IMG/VR virus record: IMGVR_UViG_3300035208_003131
Span: 20,210 to 84,209 of that record
Strand: one strand, 5' to 3'
DNA length: 64,000 bases
Origin: a virus
Taxonomy: Duplodnaviria > Caudoviricetes
The notes under the pieces are model-generated. The model did not search any database, was not told the DNA's origin, and saw only the letters and a program-made list of their open reading frames with translations. The position numbers were made by a program, and so were the translations under genes. Of this stretch, positions 56,239 to 64,000 are shown piece after piece; position 1 is the stretch's first letter, and every line of letters begins with the position of its first letter.

Positions 56239-59200
56239 GTGAATACAGATTTCAATTATTACGACTTTTTGAAGAAAAAAGAATTTAAGTACGATGTAAA
56301 GGTAGATTTGAGTGGTATTAACCTTCAAGGTGATGCTACGACTACAGAAGTAGATCCTGATACAGGTGAAGCATCTGAAGTTAACCTTAACGAGACAGTT
56401 GATGAAAACGTAAATTATGTGTATAATTTGTATCCGAATCGGAGTATAACATACCCAACTACTGAAGAAAATGCAAATGGGGTTGAAGTATCCACTACTA
56501 TAACTCGATATGATGGACAAGATGTTGTAGAGGTTGAAAATATAGATTTTGATACCTCCGATAATCCGGTATCAATTACTGTTGGTACTGATAATACTGT
56601 AATCCCAATTGTTCCTAGACATACTCTTATGCAGGATCGTATAATTGAAGATAATATTATTATATCAACCGCAATTTTCGGTGAGTTAGAAGATTCACTT
56701 GGTAGTGATTTTAATGGTATTAATATATTAAACATTACAACGGAAACCCCATTATATGGATTTAATATACCTTTCACTGATGAGCGGGTATATCAAGCTA
56801 ACATTAATGAGACTGGATTTATAGGTTATGACCGTGTATATGTAACTATTGAAGGTGCTGACACTGAAAGTATGAATGGTGAGTTTGAGGTATCAGTAAT
56901 AGCAAGTGGAAATAATGCGTTATTTAATATTAGACTAAATGATAATACTATTACTGAAAGTCCAATTGGTAATTTAGGGTCAATTACACAGATTAGAATT
57001 AATTATGGTGGGTATGCAAAGCGAACTGCGTTGATTGATCGTGATGTGTATGCTGCACTTGGATTATGGGATACTAATAATCTTAATGTTAATCAGGGAA
57101 TGGATATTAGTGATAGGCATGCTGCTGGATTTTTAAGTAAGAAAAATTTTTATAGTCGATTAGGTGCTTTAAGTGAAAAGGTAACACCGTTAGGTATTGA
57201 AGTAATAACTAATGAATATAGACGATATGAAGTTGAAATTGATGATACTGATACTTCGGTTGATATAAATGTATCACATTTACCATATAATCGAAATTTC
57301 AGATTTGATACATCTATTACTGCTGGAAATACGTTTATTAATCGAAAAAATATTAATGGTGAATTACTGCCGTTATCGTCCGATGATATTACTCCATTTA
57401 CATTGTCAGTTAAAGATGCGTTTACCGCACAGTTTGCAACTGCTGAAGAATTGAATGCTGAATTTATTGGTAGACTTACATCATTGATTGATGCAATGAA
57501 ATCAAATCCAATTATTTATGCTGCTGTTGATCTAGATAGATTTACAGGTACTGATCCAAGTGCGGAACCGGCTCCTGTGTTAATTAAAAAATATGATCCA
57601 ATTACACCATTAGATTATGGTGGGTTGATTGAATATGCTGAGAATGTGTTGAATATTAATGTAGAAATTGATGGTATCAATGCTGTGGCAGGTGAACTTC
57701 CTGAGGAAAATGCTGATATCGGAGAACTTCAATATAGTGGGATATATACTGCGTCTGAGGATAGTATACGTATAGTTAAGACTGAAAATGTTTTTGGTCA
57801 TAAAACATATGAGCTAGATCCCAATCCACAAAGTGAAGAAAGATATATACGAACTGGATATCGAATATATGAAACTTATAATGATACAACTGAAGATGGT
57901 GAGAATATTGTTAGGTTTATGTATGAGAAAGGTGATCCTACTGGTAATAAAATTATTAAACATACGATCGAATATAATGATTCGGTTGATATATCTGAAA
58001 CACTTGAGTTGGTTGATGGTCTCGAAGATATGATGGGTAATATCAGGGCCGTTGCTGCATTAACTGCTGTTACTGGTGGTGCGTCGGTAGCTGCTCTTGT
58101 GATGACTACTCTTAGAACAATTGAACGTAGGTTTGATGATCTCGATTATACAATTAAGCGTATTCGATGGTTCCAGAAATATACAAATCAATCTGTATTT
58201 GATAATGGTGGGTTTATTTCGGAAAATAGATTAGGTATTGCTGATTTTAATTATAATAGACAAATGAGTCGTATACTAATTCCTGTTGATTTTGGGACTA
58301 AGAAAGTCAAATACAAAAAAAAGAATTTTTTTGGATTTAAATACAATGCATATAAACGAATAGATCTTGGTATTCGTTGGGTAGAATTATCATTCATTGA
58401 TACAAGTACATTTTCAAAATATAGAAAAAATGAAGTATCTACGGGTAAGTCATTTACGTTAAATATTCCATTTACATCAATTGATGTATTACCAACTGGT
58501 GATACTGTTCGTGGTACATTATTGAATGTGTTACCTGATGATATAATGGATCGTGATCAAACTACTGTTAATATAACAATTAGTGATCCTAATATTGATG
58601 AGTTTAATGGTGAATTTGTAGCAACTATTATAGATGATTCGACTATTGAATTTGTAGTTGTAACTAATGTAACGTCAAGTAGTGGTGTTACTTTAGTGTC
58701 ATTACTTGCACCATTAATGCCAACCGAACCAGAAAATGATCCAGAAAATATTCGTGTGACATATAATATGCCACATTTGCCATTTGATGATGAATTGCGT
58801 GATAAGATATTTAATGATTTTGGTCCATTTGATCAATCAGCATATTCAAATAAAAGTCGTGGTGGTGATTATACTGTTAGTGATACAGGTGAGATCATTA
58901 ATGATGATGATATTCCAGGTTGGGAAATATTTAAAGATTCAAGTAAAGAAATTAGTGCTATGCGTGAAGGTATAGATATATACAATAAGACTGAATTTTT
59001 ATTTAAGATTTTACAAGATGAATTTGGTCGAAGCCGAGTTAATATAATTGAAACTAGTCGATCATTTCAAGATCAAGAGTATCTACAATTAGGTGGAAGT
59101 GTAAGTAGTTTTTTATCATGGCATAATTATGGACTTGCAATTAAGATTGTAATAACTCAAGAAGATGGTATTACACCAATTAAAGATGGAACCGCTGATC

Positions 59201-60630
59201 AAATGCGTTTACTTAATGTAGCTGAAGGGTTTTGTGAAGGTGCTAAAAATGGTGCATTTGGAAATCCTATGAATGTTGTGTGGTGTGGTCAATTGGTTAC
59301 AGGCCCAGATTTATTTGGTTGGGAATTTCTACCAATCGGAGTTGATCATAAAGATGCACTTAAATTTCGTGATTCTATATATCAACAGAAGGATCCGGTG
59401 GTTGATAATTCATATGTTAATGTAACTGCTAATAATTATATTATTGAATCCGGTGCTGAGGTACCTGATGATAATAGTCCGTATATTTTAGCTAGTAGTA
59501 AAGGAATTACTGATGGTATTAAAATCAATGATGAGTATTGGGTACATCCTAAATATATTATCAATTATACAATTCCGAGTGAATTGATATTAAAAGATGT
59601 TCAAGAATTTTTATTGCTTGTTAAAGGTAAGATGAATGCAAATGGAACGTCGTTAATTGGGCGAAAGAAAATTTCTGAATGGAAATCTAAAAACCCTAGA
59701 TCATTTACACAGTTAGTATTATTCTATGGATTAACTGGTTCATTATCAACTACTCGTAAATTGTTATCTGGTGATTATATTGAAAAATTTCAGAATATGG
59801 TTAATACATTATCTGAGAAAGATCCGGTTAGATTTGTAAAGCGTTATTTAGGTGATGATCAATATGCAAATATCAAGATTTATTTAGAACAGTTATCGGA
59901 TAGTTCATATATTAATTTAAGTGATGGTACAATGACAACTCCTGTACTTGAAGCACGCTCAAGTCATCCAGAGGGTAGTGGTAATACATTTGGTCAAAAA
60001 CAAGTTGATTATAATTCAGTTGAATTTGGTCAATTTCAGAATGGTGTATTTATCCCTGAGGGGGATGATAGAATTATTGAACTTAAAACAACTGAACCTG
60101 TAATCGATGGTTATGTCGATGGAGTTGCATATGAAAGTGATGCGGTTTTGTTACATACATTAATTGCAAATCAGATTGTAGATGAGTTTGATTCAATCAA
60201 AGAAGCGTTTAATACATTATCAATTAAATTCATGCATGATAAGTTTTTTGAGGGTTCTAATAGTTCATTTGCGAATTTACTTGAAAATGAATTTGGTGTA
60301 ATAAGTACACAAGATGTTATGACATTTGATGCGTTGCGTAAGATGTATAATAGAATTGCTATTAACAGTAAAAAAACTGATAATGATGGTGGTGTCAGAG
60401 GTGCTGGTGCAAATATTGAAGCTCAGAATGAAACTGATGATATTGATAGAAATAAAATACAATCTGTATTTGAAAAGCTTGTATCAAACTCTCAGCTTAC
60501 TGGTATAAAACGTGCTAGTTTAACTAAAGAGAAGCCGCTTATTGAACCATTAGCCAATGAAATTAAAGTTGAAGATGTAATTGAAGACATCCAGAATCGA
60601 AGAATTCCAAAAGTATGTGATATATTATAA
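56239..60630 (+). CDS. Large virion structural protein (baseplate/hub candidate) with a degenerate M15 peptidase-like domain
   Basis: GTG start, late promoter and beta-rich segments; IIETSRSFQDQ...SWHNYGLAIKI...WCG...PDLFGWEF at about 59040-59330. Confidence 0.6.
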   Translation: MNTDFNYYDFLKKKEFKYDVKVDLSGINLQGDATTTEVDPDTGEASEVNLNETVDENVNYVYNLYPNRSITYPTTEENANGVEVSTTITRYDGQDVVEVENIDFDTSDNPVSITVGTDNTVIPIVPRHTLMQDRIIEDNIIISTAIFGELEDSLGSDFNGINILNITTETPLYGFNIPFTDERVYQANINETGFIGYDRVYVTIEGADTESMNGEFEVSVIASGNNALFNIRLNDNTITESPIGNLGSITQIRINYGGYAKRTALIDRDVYAALGLWDTNNLNVNQGMDISDRHAAGFLSKKNFYSRLGALSEKVTPLGIEVITNEYRRYEVEIDDTDTSVDINVSHLPYNRNFRFDTSITAGNTFINRKNINGELLPLSSDDITPFTLSVKDAFTAQFATAEELNAEFIGRLTSLIDAMKSNPIIYAAVDLDRFTGTDPSAEPAPVLIKKYDPITPLDYGGLIEYAENVLNINVEIDGINAVAGELPEENADIGELQYSGIYTASEDSIRIVKTENVFGHKTYELDPNPQSEERYIRTGYRIYETYNDTTEDGENIVRFMYEKGDPTGNKIIKHTIEYNDSVDISETLELVDGLEDMMGNIRAVAALTAVTGGASVAALVMTTLRTIERRFDDLDYTIKRIRWFQKYTNQSVFDNGGFISENRLGIADFNYNRQMSRILIPVDFGTKKVKYKKKNFFGFKYNAYKRIDLGIRWVELSFIDTSTFSKYRKNEVSTGKSFTLNIPFTSIDVLPTGDTVRGTLLNVLPDDIMDRDQTTVNITISDPNIDEFNGEFVATIIDDSTIEFVVVTNVTSSSGVTLVSLLAPLMPTEPENDPENIRVTYNMPHLPFDDELRDKIFNDFGPFDQSAYSNKSRGGDYTVSDTGEIINDDDIPGWEIFKDSSKEISAMREGIDIYNKTEFLFKILQDEFGRSRVNIIETSRSFQDQEYLQLGGSVSSFLSWHNYGLAIKIVITQEDGITPIKDGTADQMRLLNVAEGFCEGAKNGAFGNPMNVVWCGQLVTGPDLFGWEFLPIGVDHKDALKFRDSIYQQKDPVVDNSYVNVTANNYIIESGAEVPDDNSPYILASSKGITDGIKINDEYWVHPKYIINYTIPSELILKDVQEFLLLVKGKMNANGTSLIGRKKISEWKSKNPRSFTQLVLFYGLTGSLSTTRKLLSGDYIEKFQNMVNTLSEKDPVRFVKRYLGDDQYANIKIYLEQLSDSSYINLSDGTMTTPVLEARSSHPEGSGNTFGQKQVDYNSVEFGQFQNGVFIPEGDDRIIELKTTEPVIDGYVDGVAYESDAVLLHTLIANQIVDEFDSIKEAFNTLSIKFMHDKFFEGSNSSFANLLENEFGVISTQDVMTFDALRKMYNRIAINSKKTDNDGGVRGAGANIEAQNETDDIDRNKIQSVFEKLVSNSQLTGIKRASLTKEKPLIEPLANEIKVEDVIEDIQNRRIPKVCDIL

Positions 60631-60659
60631 ACTAAGTGTAAACACATAAAGGCGGTAAC

Positions 60660-61406
60660 ATGAGTACTGGAATATATACAACACGAGACGATTTAGTTGA
60701 GTACGTGAAAGCAAGACTGGGTCATCCAGTAATAGAATTGGAATTAGAATTAGCGGAAAAAGATGGTCTTGGCCATGTCCATATGGCAATAAATGATACA
60801 CTTGATTGGTTTTTTCGTTATAATCAAGATGAGGCTAATTATCATGACTGGATGGTTCTTTATTTAAAAGCTGGTATTATTGAATATGATACACCTGAAG
60901 AGGTAAGTGATGTTATTGATGTAGCACCTTCGTTTGGTAATGGGTTTACACCTTGGACTGCATTTGATGTTGGTGCTGGTGAGTCGCTAGTTGCAACAAC
61001 GGGTTGGTCTCAATTTGATTTGGTTACTTATACTGCTGCACAGCGTTACATTGCTGATGTTAAGAAATTAGTTGGTACTCAATATCAAGTACGTTTTCAT
61101 CCTTTTCAACATAAACTTCGTATTTTTCCAACACCTCGTACCGATCGTGTAGCTATATGTCGTATTTATCGCAAGGCTGTTATCGGTGAAGTATTTGCAA
61201 ATATTTCATTTCGTGATCTTGTTGTTGCTCGTACTAAAATTTTATGGGGTGAAATCTTAGATAGAGATGATTATACACTTCCTGGTGGTGGTAAAGTTAA
61301 TGGTGCTAGACTGCTAGAACAAGCTCGTGCTGATTTAGTTAAATATGAAGAAAAAATATGGGATGAAAGTGCAAAAGCATTTATTTTAACTGATTTGGAT
61401 ATGTAA
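60660..61406 (+). CDS. gp13: Neck / head-completion protein (T4 gp13-like)
   Basis: LVEYVKARLGHPVIELEL...INDTLDWFFRY and TKILWGEIL...LPGGGKVNG..L. Confidence 0.85.
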   Translation: MSTGIYTTRDDLVEYVKARLGHPVIELELELAEKDGLGHVHMAINDTLDWFFRYNQDEANYHDWMVLYLKAGIIEYDTPEEVSDVIDVAPSFGNGFTPWTAFDVGAGESLVATTGWSQFDLVTYTAAQRYIADVKKLVGTQYQVRFHPFQHKLRIFPTPRTDRVAICRIYRKAVIGEVFANISFRDLVVARTKILWGEILDRDDYTLPGGGKVNGARLLEQARADLVKYEEKIWDESAKAFILTDLDM

Positions 61407-61415
61407 GTAATTAAT

Positions 61416-62735
61416 ATGGCAGCAGAATTTGAAATTTATAAATATACAGGTAAAGAATGTGAATTTGGTACACCTGTATCAAGTATTGGTATAAAGAGAA
61501 TTGATGCGGCGGTTCCTGCGGTATACGGCATTCCTATTGTACCAGCTGATGATGTAACTGATGTAAATACATATGCAATTTATCGTCCCGATGTGGCAAG
61601 TGATGATGGGTATTCATTTGAATCTATTTTTAAGTTTATTCTTAAGACACCTCCATCGAACCAGTTAAGTCATATGCGAATTTATCCAGCGACTGAACGA
61701 CCAGATGATCCACATATTCCAATTTTAAAAATTGGATGTTCTCGTTCATTTTCTCGTCCAACTAATACAATGTCGTTGGTAGCAACTCATGATATTTGGG
61801 ATTATACTGAAGAAAGTCCATTCCTTGTAACAGTTGGTAGTAATTATGGTCAATCGGTCGATGAACAAGTTGCTGTAATTAATTATAATATAACTCAACA
61901 TGATATTGGGTTTGGTAACTTGATGTATTTAAATGACGAGCGTCAATTAAGTGTACCTATTGTTATGGGTAGTGGTCCATATACCTTTGTTGATAAAACA
62001 AGTGATGGAATGACATTCCAAATATATGATGTTAATACTAGTTTACCAATCACAGATTCAGCTATAGTAGTTAGTACTAATGGTGCTGGTGAGCGTGTAG
62101 TTACTATTAATCCAACTAATGCATTATTAACATCGTATCCAAATGGGTTTTTGTATGGTGATATAGCTGATGTTAATCTTGGTGGTACTATTGGTTGGTT
62201 AGATCTTACATCAGATCCAATAGAAACTGAGGTATACGATGTAACTGTGGAAAATCTACCTAATGGAAGTAAAGCATTTTTTTTAAATGGTGTGCGTAAT
62301 CCTGTACTTAATTTCAGAGAAAATCGAATATATCAATTTAATAATCCTTATGGTGCAACCGATCCAATTCGGTTTTTAACTGATGCTGCATTAACTCAAG
62401 CTAATGTTGAAGATAAGATTATTATTAAAGGTATTACTGTAACTGATGGTGGTACTGCAAATGAAGTAGTGGTAGTTAATCCATCGGATATTAAGACAGC
62501 TGGTCAATTAGTTAGAGGATATCAATCTACATTTCATTCATGTTATGGAAATATAGTCAATAATACAAATACTGCATTGATTGGTAATTATAATATTAAT
62601 ACTGTTGGTGCTGGTGTAAGTAATCCATTAGCTGCTGGCGAAACTGATTTTATTTATTTACAGCTTAAGGTTACAGGTAATTCCACTGTGGGTCAAACTA
62701 TACCTGAATTAAAAATAGAATATGATGAGAACTAA
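61416..62735 (+). CDS. Virion structural protein, beta-rich, with internal cupredoxin-like inserts
   Basis: YSFESIFKF..PPSNQLSH at the N-terminus, GETDFIYLQLKV...IEYDE at the C-terminus, and the insert FFLNGVRNPVLNFRENRIYQF. Confidence 0.6.
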   Translation: MAAEFEIYKYTGKECEFGTPVSSIGIKRIDAAVPAVYGIPIVPADDVTDVNTYAIYRPDVASDDGYSFESIFKFILKTPPSNQLSHMRIYPATERPDDPHIPILKIGCSRSFSRPTNTMSLVATHDIWDYTEESPFLVTVGSNYGQSVDEQVAVINYNITQHDIGFGNLMYLNDERQLSVPIVMGSGPYTFVDKTSDGMTFQIYDVNTSLPITDSAIVVSTNGAGERVVTINPTNALLTSYPNGFLYGDIADVNLGGTIGWLDLTSDPIETEVYDVTVENLPNGSKAFFLNGVRNPVLNFRENRIYQFNNPYGATDPIRFLTDAALTQANVEDKIIIKGITVTDGGTANEVVVVNPSDIKTAGQLVRGYQSTFHSCYGNIVNNTNTALIGNYNINTVGAGVSNPLAAGETDFIYLQLKVTGNSTVGQTIPELKIEYDEN

Positions 62736-62737
62736 AT

Positions 62738-63835
62738 ATGAAATTATATCACGGTAGTGGAAAAAAATTTGAAAATTTCTCTAATGAGTATGTGAATACT
62801 GGGGAAGAAGTCCAGAAGTATGGTTATGGTATCTATCTCACTAATAGTATTGAGATAGCAAAATATTATGCTGATCGAGCCGCTGGTGTGGGTTATGTAT
62901 ATGCGGTTCAAATACCTAACTCATTAAATGTAGTTGATTGGAATGAAAGTATTGATACATATACTGTATCTGAGATGGCTAAACAGCTCATAGGAGCGGA
63001 AGTTTTTGATGCTGAAATTGATGAGATGGGAGAACATAGAACATTCTTTTTTCAAGACGATAAATTTGAAGAAATAATTGAAACTATTCTTGTTGATGGT
63101 GCTAATATAGAAGCATGGGAAAATTTACAAGAAGAGGTGGAAGATTATGATTTAAGTAATTTTAAATCTCTTATCAATAAATCTGCATTTGAGTTTTATC
63201 TTGATGATGGTATATCATATGAGACTGTTTATGATTTTATTTCAAGTACTCTTGGTGGAGTTACTGCAAGTAAGTTAATGATTAAGAATGGTGTTGATGG
63301 ATTTAAGTTTAATGCAACTGAAGTTAATGGTGGAATTAATTATACAATATTTAATTCAAGTAATATTAAGATTATTAATATGCAATTAGAAAATGATGTC
63401 GGGTTGAATGAGAGTGTTATTCAGTTGAAGGGATTTATTAAATCGCATTTACGTGATGATAATAAGAGTTTAGTTGAAAGTATAATGAAAGGATATGTTA
63501 GTATATTCGAATCTGTTCGTGATGGATTATATTATCATGTAAGTAATGATAAATTTACTAATTTTAATGATTCTGATGGTGGTATTTGGTTTACGTTAAA
63601 TAAAGCAAGTGCTATTAATGGTGAGGTTGGTGCTAGTGGTAATTCTGTATTATATACGGTAAAGTTAAATGTACATAATTTAGCTGGTTGGGATGAATAT
63701 GATAATATGGATTTTTATGAACTAAAACATGCTGGGTTTGACGGGGTTAAATTAGATGATGACCTTGTTGTATTTGATGATAGTCAAATTAATATTATAT
63801 CAGTAGATGAAATTAAAGGGTATAAGGATATATAA
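62738..63835 (+). CDS. Tandem ADP-ribosyltransferase-like (ART-PolyVal-type) two-domain protein
   Basis: Domain 1: LYHGS...YGYGIYLT..IAKYYA...GVDG...YTIFNSSNIKII. Domain 2: YYHVS..F..F...GGIWFT...LYTVKL...GFDGV...VVFDDSQINII. The linker contains the shared helical module. Confidence 0.7.
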   Translation: MKLYHGSGKKFENFSNEYVNTGEEVQKYGYGIYLTNSIEIAKYYADRAAGVGYVYAVQIPNSLNVVDWNESIDTYTVSEMAKQLIGAEVFDAEIDEMGEHRTFFFQDDKFEEIIETILVDGANIEAWENLQEEVEDYDLSNFKSLINKSAFEFYLDDGISYETVYDFISSTLGGVTASKLMIKNGVDGFKFNATEVNGGINYTIFNSSNIKIINMQLENDVGLNESVIQLKGFIKSHLRDDNKSLVESIMKGYVSIFESVRDGLYYHVSNDKFTNFNDSDGGIWFTLNKASAINGEVGASGNSVLYTVKLNVHNLAGWDEYDNMDFYELKHAGFDGVKLDDDLVVFDDSQINIISVDEIKGYKDI

Positions 63836-64000
63836 TGAAATATAATGCGTATCATGGACGAACGGTAAATAGTAGTGAATTTAGTTTAAAATATGTTGGG
63901 CGTGATGAAGCGATTGATCAATTTGGTCCAGGATTTTATTTTACTGATGTTGAGCATGTTGCGGTTGGATATGCTGGTAGTGATGGAATTGTAATTAATG
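63835..64000 (+). CDS. Third ART-like protein, N-terminal part (runs off the window edge)
   Basis: Translated manually from the TAATG overlap: MKYNAYHGRTVNSSEFSLKYVGRDEAIDQFGPGFYFTDVEHVAVGYAGSDGIVIN, with YHG and GPGFYFT motifs. Confidence 0.72.
   Translation, partial: MKYNAYHGRTVNSSEFSLKYVGRDEAIDQFGPGFYFTDVEHVAVGYAGSDGIVIN

Noticed and set aside
45-60508. Many short ORFs in the track that overlap long genes (e.g. 45-305, 550-792, 3043-3258, 7495-7764, 16427-16843, 20029-20616, 27709-27987, 51588-51977, 56179-56520)
   Set aside because: They are antisense or alternate-frame shadows of well-supported genes, with no SD or promoter and with biased composition.
56239-60630. Tape measure protein
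   Set aside because: It is largely beta-rich and acidic rather than a long Ala/Gly-rich helical repeat, and it is not next to the tube or chaperone genes.
1-64000. Stop-codon reassignment (alternative genetic code)
   Set aside because: Core genes are full length under code 11, coding density is high, and TAA, TAG and TGA all end genes at sensible positions.
1-64000. CRISPR array, tRNA or rRNA genes, DGR
   Set aside because: No spaced direct repeats, cloverleaf or T-loop signatures, reverse transcriptase, or template/variable repeat pair was seen by eye. Intergenic gaps are short. A tRNAscan or Infernal run would be the definitive test.

Overview
This window is a 64 kb piece of an AT-rich, T4-like (Tevenvirinae-related but very divergent) large or jumbo myophage genome using the standard genetic code. 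It holds an almost complete T4-type replisome and recombination set: gp43, gp44/62, gp45, gp61, gp41, gp32, UvsX/Y/W, gp46, gp47, RNase H and a RuvC-like resolvase. It also encodes the late sigma factor gp55, a possible gp33, and structural genes (sheath, tube, a gp25 fusion, neck gp13, probable small terminase). Gene order is scrambled relative to T4, and there is one major strand switch at about 45.05 kb. The notable non-routine signals are: (i) a non-T4 late-promoter motif, TATAAACTA, just upstream of ten structural or orphan genes; (ii) a roughly 30-aa helical module shared by several late orphan proteins and by a tandem ADP-ribosyltransferase-like protein that sits behind the neck gene and is followed by a third ART-like gene, suggesting packaged, protease-matured ARTs, with a NADAR eraser elsewhere; (iii) an anti-defence-like island (Apyc1-like MBL hydrolase, SLOG, NADAR, DnaJ); (iv) a minimal family-A-like polymerase divergent from a G-rich hairpin/palindrome element at the strand switch (origin or small RNA); (v) a 1500-aa gp25 fused to an Ig/CBM array; (vi) a second, DnaN-like clamp; (vii) a degenerate M15 peptidase inside a 1463-aa virion protein; and (viii) five glycosyltransferase-like genes. 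All assignments come from motif recognition by eye; no database searches were run. No tRNA, rRNA, CRISPR array, intein or intron was seen.
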